A stretch of 64,000 nucleotides of DNA from Felis catus (lineage: Eukaryota). Below the pieces are notes generated by a model. That model was not told the DNA's origin. It did no database searches and saw only the letters and a program-made list of their open reading frames with translations. The stretch is taken from assembly GCF_018350175.1 (NCBI RefSeq), contig NC_058368.1, positions 215,886,001 to 215,950,000 on the forward strand, given 5' to 3'. Position 1 is the stretch's first letter. Each line of letters opens with the position of its first letter. Of the stretch, positions 13,152 through 26,677 are shown in pieces. Both the position numbers and the translations under genes were made by a program.

Positions 13152-13343
13152 GGGATACCTGAGTGGCTCAGTCAGTTAAGTGTCTGACTCTTGATTTTGG
13201 ATCAGGTAATTGATCTCAAGGTTCACGAGTTGGAGCCCTGTGTTGGATTCTGTGCTGACAGCCTACTTGGGATTCTCTCTCTGAGCTCTCTGTCCCTCTC
13301 CCACTCCTGCTCTTCCTAATTAAATAAATAAACTTAAAAAAAA
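13152..13343 (+). mobile_element. Older CanSINE
   Basis: TSD aaaga(t/c)tacattatt at 13137-13151 and 13344-13358. Confidence 0.92.
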
Positions 13344-13450
13344 AAAGACTACATTATTCATTAGATCTCTTTTTGAGCAAGGAGTTTGTTATTTTCCATC
13401 ATAGAAATTACATCATTTGTTATCATACACACCTACACATGCTTTCAGAA

Positions 13451-13529
13451 ACACACACATACGTGTGTGTGTGTGTGTAAATATATATATATATATATAT
13501 ATATGTTTATATATATATATATATATATA
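13451..13529. repeat. Compound (CA)(GT)(TA)n microsatellite
   Basis: Directly visible. Confidence 0.95.
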
Positions 13530-14966
13530 GTTTCCATCATCACTGTAATAACATTATATATATGTATATATACATATAACTATCATTACTACAAGAATTG
13601 TATCTGTTTTATTCACTTAAACTCAAATGCTTGCACAACATGTGACGTAAATTTGTCAATCAATACACTCGGGAGTAAATGAATTAATGAACTTAAGCTC
13701 TTTGAGACTAGCACTTTATTTTATTGGTTAATCATGAGTATGCTTTCTTCTACACCCTATTTTTTTTAATTCATAACATTCTAATTCATTTTTTAATTAT
13801 TTAGCACGTGATTTCTCATCTGTAATGAATTTTAAAACCTTAAACACAGAACATCACAAAGAGTCAATATTAAATACAATTGCTTTGAAATTAGTGAATA
13901 AGTGATAATAGTAAAACACATTATTATTATTGAGAATTAATACATCTGTCTTGTAATGTTTAGAGGGATATTTCATTATTTGCCTGTACATTAAGTATGC
14001 AATTTGTTTATACACTCAAAGGCAATTTTCCCAATAAGTCATAATTTTCTGATAACTCTAATTTGTATTTGGCTATGTAAAATAATTTCAGATAATTTCT
14101 TAGACATGCAAATGATATATATGTTAAATCATTATAATTTAAATTGTGCAAACAATCCTATTAATATTATTATAAATATGTTCATTTCTGGAGTCTATTT
14201 CTGTCACTAGGCTTATTTCTTTAATAAAGGATAGAACATTGATTTTGAAAGGGATTTCTTGCCACTGCCTGTCCTGTGAGCTGAATCACTATTCAATAGC
14301 CTGAATTTGCTTGAGAATAGGATATTTATTTTTCATTTAGAAATAAAAATGCATGACAACATTTCACTGACACCAAGACTCAGGAGCTAAGCATATTAGT
14401 GTTTTCTCTAAACTCGGAGAAGTTTACTAACTATAGAGAGCCCCTTGCATACTTTGTTTTTTGATAGTCACTCTCAGTATTTTGTTTTTGGATACACTCA
14501 GTGTAATCATTTCATATTATCATCCTCCTTCCATGTGCTCCAGATAAAAAAAAGAGGGCAATCCTTAGGCCATAGTACCATTTGGATTGCTATCATCCAA
14601 ATTATACTATATTACACATCTTCCTCATCACTTGGCTACCAGAGTTAAGATGGTCATAGCAACAATGAAGTAGAAGCTGGTAAACACTGTTGAAAGAATA
14701 AGTACCCGATGGCCCACTTAAATAAAAATACACACATACAAATGTATTGTAATTGAAAGAATGTATATATCAAAAACAATTTGATAAAAATAAATTTACT
14801 AATTATTCAATTTACTGAAATCACCAATTTACATAAAAGTCTTATTAAACGCACAGTAGGCAGAATTTTATTTGATAGAATATTACTTGTGCTTTTAAAA
14901 AGTTCTTTGACATTTGTATTGACTGATTTTCATTTTGTGTAGCTGAATTAGTGTAGGTAAACTTTA

Positions 14967-15187
14967 TTTTATTTAAAAATTTTTTTAATGTTTATTTATT
15001 TTTGAGAGAGAGAGAGAGACAGAGCATGAACGGGGGAGGATCAGAGAGAGGGAGACAGAATCTGAAACAGGCTCCAGGCTCTGAGCTGTCAGCACAGAGC
15101 CCGACCGCGGGGCTCGAACTCACGGACCGCGAGATCATGACCTGAGCCGAAGTCGGCCGCTTAACTGACTAAGCCACCCAGGTGCCC
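14967..15187 (-). mobile_element. CanSINE (SINEC_Fc2-like)
   Basis: Perfect 18-bp TSD tagtgtaggtaaacttta at 14949-14966 and 15188-15205. Confidence 0.95.
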
Positions 15188-15433
15188 TAGTGTAGGTAAA
15201 CTTTAACTGAGGAAACTTTGTATACCTATATCTATGCCTATTGTATCTTACCTCTCTACCATCTACTTATGGTCTATCTTTAATCTGCCATCTATCTTTC
15301 TAGTGACTACTTATTCTAATTTAATGTTACTGCATATCAAATTTGTTTTATCATGCTTTGTTCATATATAAACATAAAATGATATTTATCGTATTCCTTT
15401 TATTCATATAGGCCTGTTCTCTTTACTATTTTA

Positions 15434-15659
15434 TTCTTTTTTAATTGTTTAAGTTCATTTATTTATTTTGAGAGAGCGAGAAAGCACATGCACAACAGTG
15501 AGCAAGGAGAGGGAGATAGAGGGAGAGAGAACTCCGAGCAAGCTCCCCATGCTGTCAGCTCAAAGCCCAATGTGGTGCTCAAACTCATGAACCATGAGAT
15601 TATGACCTGAGCCAAAATCAAGAGTCCAACACTTAACTGACTGAGCCACCCAGGCATCC
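15434..15659 (-). mobile_element. Older CanSINE
   Basis: T tail, AG tract, head ...ctgagccacccaggcatcc. Confidence 0.9.
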
Positions 15660-15789
15660 ATACTGCTATTTTAAGACCATAAAGTTGAATCTCAGAAATC
15701 CAGACTCATTACTTTAAAATATTTGAAAATAACATGGAAAGAACCTACCATTTAGGGACTATTAGTGTCCTGTGGAAATGCTTGTTATG

Positions 15790-16048
15790 CGAGCATTACA
15801 GTTGGTTCTGATGAGGTCGCCCACAGGGTTGTAGACTCCTAATTTCTGGTTGTATCCTCCCAGAGTAGAAAGAGGACTAGAAAACTCTCTGTTGTCTCTT
15901 TGATAAGGTCATTCATCTCATTTTGTGACCTTGAGCCTCCTTCTTCATGACCTAATTACATTCCAAATACCCTCCTAGTACAATCACATTGTGGATTAGG
16001 ATTTCAACAAACAGACTTTGAAGGAACACAAGCGTTCAGTCCATTGAA
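15790..16048 (-). mobile_element. MaLR LTR, MLT1A-like (partial)
   Basis: catgacctaattac...atcacattgtggattaggatttcaaca...gttcagtccat is the MLT1A 5' part in reverse. Confidence 0.75.
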
Positions 16049-16251
16049 GGACATCTGAACTAGAATTACATGCAGTGTATTATAAATAAGGAAGAGTATT
16101 TATGTGATCCAGACTAATTTTCCAGGACCTGAAAAATGGACCTTATGGCAAATCTCTGGATCAAAAGGGTATGTCCCCTTCTGAGAATGTTTCTCTGTGA
16201 AGATCTTTTCCCCAGTATTTCACGAAAAGCACTTATTAAAAGAAACAATCA

Positions 16252-16469
16252 GGGATGCCTGGGTGGCTCTGTTGGTTAAGCGTCAGACTCTCCATTTCCA
16301 CTCAAGTCATGATCTCACTGTTCGTGACATTGAGCCCCACGATGGGCTCTGTGCTGACAGCATGGAGCCTGCTTAGGATTCTCTCTCTCCTTTTATCTCT
16401 GCCCCTCCCCCATTTGTTCACACACTTTCTCTCTCTCTCCCTCTGTCCCTCAAAATAAATAAAATTAAA
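16252..16469 (+). mobile_element. Older CanSINE
   Basis: Degenerate TSD aaaagaaacaatcag / aaaagaaatattcag. Confidence 0.92.
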
Positions 16470-17066
16470 AAAAGAAATATTCAGTTATTTCAAATACTGT
16501 CCCTTTGTGAAAAAGCATAGTGAAAAGCTTCCTGTATGTATAGCTCACTATTTAACTCAACTCCCAACAATCACAAATATAATAAAAACCATCAATGTTT
16601 TGATTCTGTTAGTGTCACTCTTCCTTATCTCCTAATGTACTCACCACCTCCTTACCCAGCTTGAATTCCCTGGTCAAGTGTACATACTTAATTCCTGTGC
16701 CCTCACATCTGGTTGTGTGATTAAACCCAACACTCCAGCTACTATTTACCTGTATTCTTGAAGTTTAACATGAGTAGAGAAAGGTACACAATCACATTGA
16801 CTGATCTCACTTTAAATTTAATATATGAACCACAAGTGGGATCTTAATGTAATTCAGCAATCATACTGTTCCCTAGCACATTCACTTTCTCAATTATCCA
16901 TCATCTCTCTCCAAACATCCACACCTCCTATCTCTCACCTGCACCTGATGAACTGATGTCTTATACCATTGGCAACAATTAGAGGCAAGCTTTCAGACTC
17001 CGTCTACCAAATCTACTCACTTATAGCATCTGCATAGCCTCTAACTGCCTCTCAATCACTGTAACA

Positions 17067-17535
17067 CAGGTGCTAAACTGGGTGCCAACAGCCACCAAAT
17101 TCCTTAAGGATGGAAACTGTAGGGTGAATGAACTTGGATAGAATAAACCTAAATGTTTATTAATTCCTCATGTTTTCTATTTCTTTGAAATATGAATACA
17201 GGCAGAAATTGAATTGCATATTTGTAACTGTCATTATTAGAAAGCACAGGTATTTTTTATCATACATTACAGTTCTTGTAACATTCTAAAATATTCTTTC
17301 TACTCATAAAACTTTGAAAATAATAACAAACATTCCACTTGTGCTTGCTATCTAAACCATTGATAAAGAAATACACATTACTTTGGTAAAATGTTATTTT
17401 TAACAATTCAGAGATGCATGCATTTGCATATGATTAATTTAGTTTAAAGTCTTAAAATACTATTTCAAGAGGGTTTCTATAGGCTTTTCCAGCCTGTCAA
17501 AAGGTCCATGGCATAAAAAGATTTAAGAATTCCTC
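17067..17535. mobile_element. Charlie4a-like hAT DNA transposon
   Basis: Internal gtcattattagaaagcacaggtattttttatcatacattacagtt and terminus ggtccatggcataaaaagatttaagaattcct match the recalled Charlie4a consensus. Confidence 0.75.
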
Positions 17536-17682
17536 TAGAAGTGAATTCCATCCACTTCTAGAGGAAGTAATTGACTATTACCTATAGTCAATCCCTTTAT
17601 ACATACACTAGATCTTTTCCCATTTACCTGCTCAAGGACATCATTCAGTAATTTTTCTTGCTTATCACCATATTACACCACA

Positions 17683-17741
17683 GAGTCAGAGTTCTCCAGA
17701 GAGACAAGATCAATCAGAATAGGAAATATTAAGAGATAAAG

Positions 17742-17809
<68 letters not shown>

Positions 17810-17820
17810 AAAGAAAGAAA

Positions 17821-17904
<84 letters not shown>

Positions 17905-18397
17905 AAACGAACAAACGGAGGAAAGGAAGAAGGAAGGAAGGAAGGAAGGAAGGAAGGAAGGAAGGAAGGAAGGAAGGGAGGAAGGGATATAGAGACATTT
18001 TAAGAATTGGCTCAGACAATTATGCTGTCAAGTCAATTATGCTGTCAGACAATTATGGTTGTCAAGTCCAAAATTTGCACAACAGGCTGTCAGGCTAGAG
18101 ACTCAGGAAAAAGTTGATGTTGCAGTCTTGAACATCAAGGCAGGTCTGGAGGCAAAATTCTTTTCCATCAGGGAGACCAGTTTTGTTGTTGTTTAGTGGT
18201 TTGTTTCTCTTAAGGCCTTCAACTGATTTGATTAGACCCACCTACATTATGGATGATACTATATTTTATTCAAAGTGTTCTGACTTAAGTATTAATTATG
18301 TCTAAAAAACCTTCACAGAAACATCTATACTGGCATTTGATCAGGTAACTGGGCAAAATAGACTAACCAAGTTAACACCTCAAATTAAGTATATCAG
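17683..18397 (-). mobile_element. ERVL LTR, MLT2D-like, carrying an expanded tetranucleotide repeat
   Basis: gagttctccagagagaca...aaggccttcaactgatt...ccttcacagaaacatcta...caagttaacacctcaaattaa. Confidence 0.85.
17745..17985. repeat. (GAAA)n followed by (GGAA)n compound microsatellite
   Basis: Directly visible, about 240 bp and nearly all purine. Confidence 0.97.
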
Positions 18398-19239
18398 ATT
18401 ATTGTCATCAGCATAAAAAAAAATTCTGATATTTCTACCATTTAAAAATATAATTTCTCCTGATCTGATTCTACTTCCCTTATCTACTACTACTCCATTC
18501 CTCTGCTTCCCTTTTCATTTTAACTCCTTACTCCTTGAAGGAGATGTGTACATACAGTTTCCAAATTCTTTCTATATCTTGTCATGAAGCCACACTGACC
18601 ATGCATTCATTCCCATTCTAGCAAAAATGGTCTAGTCGATGTAATCAGTAACCTCGGTCTTACTAAATGCAGTGTGTGATTCTCATTTTTTATCTTTCAT
18701 GATCTATTAGAAACATAAAATTTAGCTTTTCTTTATAACCTCTTTGGTGTACTTTGCTTAGTTTTGCCTCCAGCACAATATATTTTTCTTGTTTGTCCTC
18801 CTAACTCTTCTATTCTTTTTTCTTTTCCTTCTTTTGTCTGACTTCATAATACTGATCTACAGAATTTCAGACCCTTTTTCTATTTTTTCATTATAGTGAC
18901 TACCTCACCTAGCCTTATGGTTTATGTGCCAATGATTCCCAAATATAATCCCTAGCCCAGACATTTTACCTGAAATCCAGACTCACTTGTTCAACTGCAC
19001 ACTAAACATCTCAACTGGTGTCTAAAGACATTCAAAATTCTACATATCTAATAATGTAACCTTTATATTCTGCCTCCAAATCTATTTTTCCTACCACTCT
19101 TTCTGTTTCAGTTGATGACAGTTTTGTTTTCCTGCATCTTTAGGACATATACTTGGTGTTGTTTTTCATTGCCTTTTCCCCTTATACTAGACATTTAGAA
19201 GCATTTCTGGTTCTGCTTTTAAATATGTTAACAGAATCA

Positions 19240-19320
19240 GGGTGCCTGGGTGGCTCAGCTCAGGTCTTGATCTCAGAGACATGAGTTCAAGCTCTGCCTT
19301 GGGCTCCAACCTCAGTGTAG
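19240..19320 (+). mobile_element. Short internally deleted SINE
   Basis: gggtgcctgggtggctcag|ctcaggtcttgatctcag; segment between two ctcag copies missing. Confidence 0.8.
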
Positions 19321-19464
19321 GATCCAACTACTTCTTCCTTTCTCACTAATATTTCACTGAGCATTATTTTGATCTAAGCTATCATCATGGCTACGACCTA
19401 CATTACTACAATGGCTTCCTAGTTGTCTCTGTGCCCTGCCTTTCCTCTGTTTCAGTCTATTCTT

Positions 19465-19667
19465 TTTTTTTTTTTTTACATTTATTTATTTTTGAGAGAC
19501 AGAGCCCAAGTGGGGACAAGCAGAGAGAGAAGGAGACAGAACCCGAAGCAGGCCCCAGGCTCTGAGCTGTCAGCACAGAGCCTGACGTGGGGCTCAACTC
19601 ACAAACCCTGAGATCATGACCCGAGTGGAAGTTGGACGCTCAACCAACTGAGCCACCCAGGCACCCC
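19465..19667 (-). mobile_element. CanSINE
   Basis: TSD tcagtctattctt at 19452-19464 and 19668-19680. Confidence 0.95.
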
Positions 19668-20070
19668 TCAGTCTATTCTTAACAAAGTAGCCAGGGTGAT
19701 TCTTTCAGGGTATGCAAAATCACATCTCTTCTTTTCTCAAAATCCTGGAGTATGTTCCCATCGAACTATGAGTAAAAACATAATGTCCTTACATTGGCTA
19801 CAAGTCCCTTTATGTGATTCAGCAAGCTGTTTCTAATATCATTTTTTCTTCATCCCTTCAACTCATGCAGCAGCAAGGGTGGTGGGAGTGGTGTTCTTGC
19901 TGTTCCTGGAACAAGTCAGCCAGGCTTCCACGTTAGGGAATTTGCACTAGTAATCCATCTGTCTGGAAAATATTTCCCCAGATTTTCTCATGATTTCTTT
20001 TACTTCCAACCACTGGCTCAAGTGTGCCATTCCTCAATGAGACCTACCATGAGCCCCCCTTTTGAAATGA

Positions 20071-20423
20071 CAGCTGACTCTTGAAAACACAAATTAGAAA
20101 TGCATGGGTCCACTTATATGTGGATTTTTAGAATAAATGTATAAACTTATGATATTGATGAATACAGTACAGTACTGTTAATGTATTTTCCTTGTGATTT
20201 TCTTAATAACATTTTTTCTATAGCTCCACTTTATTGTAAGAATAAAGCATATAATATTTGTAACATAGAAAATATGTGCTAACCAACTGTTTGTTATCAG
20301 TAAGGCTTCCCACCAACAGTAAGCTATTAGCAGTTGAGTTTTTAGGGAGTCAAAAGTTGTACATGGATTTTCAACTGCGTGAGGTTTGGTGGCCTTAAAT
20401 CCCATGTTTTTCATAGTCAACTG
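20071..20423. mobile_element. Tigger2a-like TcMar DNA transposon
   Basis: Terminal inverted repeats cagctgactcttgaaaacac ... atgtttttcatagtcaactg followed by TA; internal gggtccacttatatgtggattttt. Confidence 0.85.
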
Positions 20424-22100
20424 TATAACCCACACCTCCAGTCCCTATGCCTAGCCTAACCTTGCCATGTTTTTTTATGACAAAATTCTTACCATATTCT
20501 AGCATACTAAATATTATCTTTATTTGGTGTATCAGCAGCGTATTATATGTCTACCACTGATATAATGCAATATACACAAAAGGAAAGAGAATATTCTAAA
20601 AAATAAATTTAAAAAAATAAAGGAAAGAAAATGTTATTTTTTTCTTTCTTTTTTTTTCCTTTTCTTTACCCATCCTCCTCCTCTTCCTCTTTATTTTGCT
20701 GTTTTCCTAACTGTAGTGTTTCAAGTACTCGAAACAGACTCTGGTATAGGTACTCAACAAGTTTTTTGAATAAATGGAGCCATTCAGCTCATTGCCTCTC
20801 TCTATGAAATTATTTAGAACAAATTTCCAGTTAAATAACTTAGTATTACTAGAGAGAGACAAAAAAAATACAGTTGGATTTAACCTTTGATCTTCAGTGT
20901 ATGATAGGACATTCGTCTCATTCCTGTAGGATGTGGATGTAACCATTTTAATCAATTTTTCAATATCACCATTCTAAAATCGGATTGGTTTCATTTGACT
21001 GGAGTGAAACTTATTACGCTTTAATCAAAATAACTGTTAACACAAATGCCCTCATTCCCAGCAACATGTTATTCGGTTTGGTTTTTAGAAATATTGCCTT
21101 ATATCATTTGTAGGTAATCAGGTTTAATAAGATACAAAAAAAGAAAATGATTTTTTTTTGCTCTACCTTTTCTCTTTTTGAAAATTTATTTATTTAAATT
21201 CAAGTTAGTTAACATACAGTGTAGCATTACTTTTAGGAGTAGAACCCAGTGATTCATCACTTATATATAACACCCAGTGCTCATCCTAACAAGTGCCCTC
21301 CTTAATGGCCATCACCCACTTAGCTCATCCCCCCACCAACCTCCCCTGCAGAAACCCTCAATTTGTTCTCTGTATTTAAGAGTCTCTTATGGTTTGCCTC
21401 CCTCTCTGCTTTTGTCTTGTTTTTCCTTCCCTTCTATATTTATCTGTTTTGTTTCTTAAATTCAACATGAGTGAAATCATATGATATTTGTCTTTCTCCG
21501 ACTGGCTTATTTTGCTTAGCATAATACACTCTAGTTCCACCCACATTGTTTCAAATGGCAAGATTTCATTCTTTTTGATTGCCAAGTAATATTATATTGT
21601 ATATATATACTACATTTCTTTATCCATTCTTCAGTCGATGGACATTTGGGCTCTTTCCATACTTTGGCTATTGTTGATAGTGTGCTATAAACATTGGGGG
21701 GGATGTGCCCCTTTGAATCAGCATTCCTAGTCGTGCTATTGCTGAGTTGTAGGGTAGTTCTATTTGTAAATTTTTGAGGAGCCTCCATACTGTTTTCCAG
21801 AGTGGCTGCACACCGGTTTGCATTCCCACCAGCAGTGCAAAAGGGTTCCTCCTTCTCTGCGTTCCCACCAACATCTCTTGTTTCCTGAGTTGTTAACTTT
21901 AGCCATTCTAACAGGTGTGAGGTAGTATGTCAGTGTAGTTTTGATTTGTATTTTCCTGATGATGAGTGATGTTGAGCGTCTTTTCATGTGTCTGTTAGCC
22001 ATCTGGATGTCTTCTTTGTAAAAAAAGTGTCTATTCATGTCTTCTGTCCTTTCCTTCACTGGATTATTTGTTTTTTGGGTATTGAATTTGAGAAGTTATT

Positions 22101-22301
22101 TTTTTTTAATTTATTTTAATTTTTAAATTTATTTTTGAGAGAGCACAAGCAGGAGAGGGGAAGTGAGAGAGAGACAGAAGATCTAAAGCAGGCTCTGTGC
22201 TGACAGCAGCAACCCTGCTGTGGGGCTCCAACTCACAAACTCCTAGATCATGACCTGAGCCAAAGTCAGACACTGAACCAACTGAGCCACCCAGCTGCCC
22301 C
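22101..22301 (-). mobile_element. CanSINE inserted in L1 ORF2
   Basis: Degenerate TSD gaatttgagaagttatt / aagtttcagaagttctt. Confidence 0.92.
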
Positions 22302-25300
22302 AAGTTTCAGAAGTTCTTTATAGATTTTGGATACTAACCCTTTATCTGATATGTCATAAGATGTGTTGAAAATACCTTCTCCCATTCTGTTGGTTGCGTT
22401 TTAGTTTTGTTAACTGTTTCCTTCATTGTGCAGAAGCTTTTTATCTTGATGAGGTTTCAATAGTTCATTTTTGTTTTTATTTCTCTTGCCTCTGGAAGCA
22501 TGTCTAGTAAGAAGTTGCTGTAGCCAGGTCAAAGAGGTTGCTGCCTTTTTTCTCCTCTAGGATTTTGATGATTTCGTGTCTCATATTTAGGTTTTTCATC
22601 CATTTTGAATTTATTTTTGTGTATGGTGAAAGAAAGTGGTCCAGTTTCATTCTTATGTATGTTGCTGTCCAGTTCTCCCAGCACAATTTGTTGAAGAGAA
22701 TTTTTTTCCATTGGATAATCTTCCCTGCTTTGTGGAGGATCAGCTGGTGATACCTTTGTGGGTCCATTTCTAAATTCTCTATTCTGTTCTGATCTACATG
22801 TCTGTTTTTGTGCCAGTACCATACTCTCTTGATGATTACTGCTTTGTAAACAGCTTGAAGTCCAGAATTGTGATTACTCCAGCTTTGATTTCCTTTTTCA
22901 ACATTACTTTGGCTATTTGGGGTCTTTCCTGGTTCCATACAAACTTTAGAATTGTTTGTTTTAGCTCTGCGAAGAATGCTGATGTTATTTTGATTGGAAT
23001 TGCATTGATCATGTAGGTTGTTTTGGGTGGTATAGACATTTTAGCAATATTTGTTCCTCTAATCCATGAGCATAGAATATTTTTCCATTTCTTTGTGTCT
23101 TCTTCAATTTCTTTTATAAGCTTTCTATAGTTTTCAGTGTACAAATCTCTTACATCTTTGGTTAGGCTTATTCTTAGTTTTCTTATGTTTTTTCCTATAA
23201 TTGCAAATAGGATAGATTCCTTGATTCCTTTTTCTTCTGCTTCGTTATTGGGGTATAGAAATGCAACTGATTTCTGTACCTTTATTTTATATACTACAAT
23301 TTTGCCAAATTCACGTATCAGTTCTAGCACTGTTTTAGTGGAGTCTTTTGGGGTTTTCGTGTAGAGTATCATGTCTTTTTCTAAGAGAGAAAGCTTGACT
23401 TCTTGTTTGTCAATCTATATGCCTTTTATTTCTTTTTGTTGCCTATTGCTGAGGCTAGGACTTCCGGTACTATGTTGAACAACAGTGGTGGGAGTGGGCA
23501 TTCCTGTCATGTTCCTGACCTTGGGGGGAAAGCTCTAAGTTTTTCCCCATTGAGGATTACATTAGCTGTGGGCCTTTCATACATGACCTTTATGTTGTTG
23601 AGGTATTTTCCTTCTATCATTACTTTTTTGAGGGTTTATATCAAGAAAAGATGCTATATTTTGGCAAATGCTTTTTCTGCATCTATTGAAAAGATCATAT
23701 GGTTCTTATCCTTTCTTGTATTAATGTGATGTAAACATTGATTTATTTGGAAATATTGAACCAAACTTGCAGCCCAGGAATAAATCCCACTTGATCATGA
23801 TGAATAATTCTTTTAATGTACTGTTGAATTTGATTTGCTATTATCTTGTCGAGAATTTTTGCATCCAGTTTCATCAGGGATATTGGCCTGGAATTCTTCT
23901 TTTTAGAGGGGTCTTTGTCTGGTTTTGGACTCAAGGTAAGACTGACTTCAGTGAATGAGTTTGGAAGCTTTCCTTACATTTTTATTTTTTGGAACAATTT
24001 GAGAATAGGTATTAACTCTTCTTTAAATGTCTGATAGAACTCCTCTGGGAAACCATCTGGCCCAGGACTCTTGTTTGTTGGGGAAGATTTTTGTTTACTT
24101 TTTTCAACTTCTTTGCTGGTTATGGCCCTGTTCAAATTTTCTATTTCTTCTTGCTTCACTTTGTAGTATGTGAGTATCTAAGAATTTGTCCATTTTCCAG
24201 ATTTCCCAGTTTGTTGGCATATAATTTTTAATAATATTCTCTTACAAATATTTGTATTTCTGTGGTGTTGGTTTTGATCTTTCCTCTTTCATTCATAATT
24301 GTATCTATTTGGGTCTTCTTTATGTTCTTTTTGATAAGTCTGGCTAGGGGGTTATCAATTTTGTTTATTCTTCAAAGAAACATCATTTTGGTTTATTTGT
24401 TTTTTGTTTGTTTCTATACTCTTTATTTCTGCTCTAATGTTTATTATTTCCTTTTTTTTTTTCTGCTGGCTTTAGGCTTTATTTGCTTCTCCTTTTCTAA
24501 CTTCTTTAGTTATAAGGTTAGGCTGTGTATTTGGGACCTTTCTTGCTCTTGAAATAGGCCTAAATTGTAATGTACTTTCCTCTAGGACTGCCTTTGCTGC
24601 ATCCCAAAGGGTTTGGACTGTCATGTTTTCATTTTCATTCATTTCCCTGTATTTTTATTTAATTTCTTCTTTAATTCCCTAGATAACCCATTTATTCTTT
24701 AGTAGGATGTTCTTTAACCTCCATGTATTTGAGGGCTTTCCAAACTTTATCTTGTGGTTGATTTCAAGTTTCATATCATTGTCATCTGAAAATATGTTTG
24801 GTATGATTTCTATCTTTTTGTATCTGATGAGGGCTGATTTGTGACCCAGTTTGTGATCTATTCTGGACAACATTCCATGTGCACTTGAGAAGAATGTGTA
24901 TTCTGCTGCTTTAGGATAAAATGTTCTGAATATACCTGTTAAGTCCATCTGGTCCAGTGTGTTATTCAAAGCCATTTTTTCCTTGTTGATTTTCTGTTTA
25001 GATAATCTATCCATTGTTATAAGTGGGGTATTAAAGTCTCCTAGTATGATGATATTATTATCAATGAGTTCCTTCATGTTTGTGATTAATTGATTTATAT
25101 ATTTTGGTGCTTTCAAGTTGGGAGTATAAATATTCACAATTGTTTGATCATCTTGATGGATAGACACCTTACTTATGATATAATGCCCTTCTTCATCTCT
25201 TGTTACAGTCTTTGCCTTAAAATCTAGTTTGTCTGATATACGTATGGCTACTCCAGCTTTCTTTTGACCTCCATTAGGATGATAGATGGTTCTCTATTCC

Positions 25301-25377
25301 CTCATTTTCAATCCACAGCTGTCTTTTGGTCTAAAACGTGTCTCTTGTAGGTGGCATATAGATGTATCTTGTTTTTT

Positions 25378-25454
25378 TCTTTTTAAGTTTATTTATTTAT
25401 TTTGAGAGAGAGAGAGAGAGTACAAGCTGAAGAAAGGCAGAGAGATGGGGGAGG

Positions 25455-25492
<38 letters not shown>

Positions 25493-25603
25493 CCTAAGCA
25501 GGTTCTGAGCTGTCAGCACAGAGTGCAACATGGGGCTCAAACTCATGTTCCATGAGATCATAACCTGAGCCAAAATCAAGATTTGGAGCCACCCAGGTGC
25601 CAC
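25378..25603 (-). mobile_element. CanSINE inserted in the L1 endonuclease region
   Basis: TSD gatgtatcttgtttttt / aatgaatcttgtctttt; (AG)n tract; short deletion in the head. Confidence 0.92.
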
Positions 25604-25779
25604 AATGAATCTTGTCTTTTTTATCCATTCCAATACCTATGTCTTTTGATTTGAGTATTTAGTCCATTTACATTTAGAGGTATTACTGAAAGAAATGAAT
25701 TTAGTGCCATTGTGTTAACTTTAGAATTGCTGTTTCTGATGATGTTCTCTGGTCCTTTGTAGTTTGTTGCTTTGTTTTT

Positions 25780-26677
25780 TTTTTTTTTTTTTTTTATCCA
25801 CTTAGAGAGCACCACTTAAAATTTCTTGCAGGGCTGGTTTAGTGGTCACAAACTTCTTATGTTGGGGAACTCTTTATCTCTCCTTCTATTCTGAATGCCA
25901 GTCTTGCTAGATAAAAAAAAAAAATCTTGGCTGGATATTTTTCCCATTCAACACATCAAATATTTCCTGCCACTCCCTTCTGGCCTGCCAAGTTCCAGTG
26001 GACAGATATGCTACTACCTTTATGTACTTACCTTGTAGGTTAAGGAAGTTTTGTCCCTAGCTACTTTCATAAATCTCTCTTTGTCTTTGGCAAATTTCAT
26101 TATGATATTTTGTGATGTTCACCTGTTTTTGTTGATTTTGAAGAGAGTTTTCTGTGCCTTTTGGACTTGAAGCCTGTTTGTTTTCTTCCCCAGAATAGGG
26201 AAATTCTCGGGATAATTTGTTCAAATAAACCTTCTACCCTTTAGTCTTTCTCTTCTTCTTCTGGGACTCCTACAATACAAATATTGTTTCATTTCATGGA
26301 ATCGCTCAGTTGTCTATCTCCCCTCATGATCTAGTAATTTCCTTTCCCCCTTTTTTTAGCTTCATTATGTTCCATAATTTATCTTCTATTTCACCTATTC
26401 TATCCTCTGCCTCTTCAGTCCTCATTGTCACTGTATCCAGTTTGCTTTTCATTTCAATAACAACATTTTTTATTTCATCCTGACTAGTTCTTAGGTCTTT
26501 GATCTCTTCAACAAGGGTTTCTCTGGTGTCTTTTATGTTTTTCTCAAGCCCAGCTAGTAGTCTTATGACTGATGTTCTAAATTCTTGTTCAAGTATATTG
26601 TTTATATCTGTTTTGGACAAGTCTCTGGCTATGATTTCTTCTTGACCTTCCTTTTGGGGGAAATTCCACTTGTAATT
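25780..26677 (-). pseudogene. L1 ORF1 remnant
   Basis: SKTDINNILEQEFRTSVIRLLAGLEKNIKDTRE...EEAEDRIGEIEDK is a typical L1 ORF1 coiled-coil region. Confidence 0.9.

Larger units (their letters stand above)
16560..20780 (+). mobile_element. Fragmented L2 LINE (L2a-like) interrupted by several younger elements
   Basis: Pyrimidine-rich L2-like segments at about 16560-17065, 17570-17680, 18400-19235, 19325-19460, 19670-20065, 20430-20580; 3' end tggtataggtactcaacaagttttttgaataaatg near 20740-20780. Confidence 0.7.
21490..25710 (-). pseudogene. L1 ORF2 remnant (endonuclease, RT, C-terminal domain), frameshifted
   Basis: MALNSFLSVIPLNVNGLN start; [48 protein letters not shown]. Confidence 0.95.

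Noticed and set aside
17729..18098. ERKK/SFFL repeat ORFs
   Set aside because: Translations of the (GAAA)n/(GGAA)n microsatellite
21490..26677. Active L1
   Set aside because: Multiple frameshifts and stops, plus two SINE insertions in ORF2
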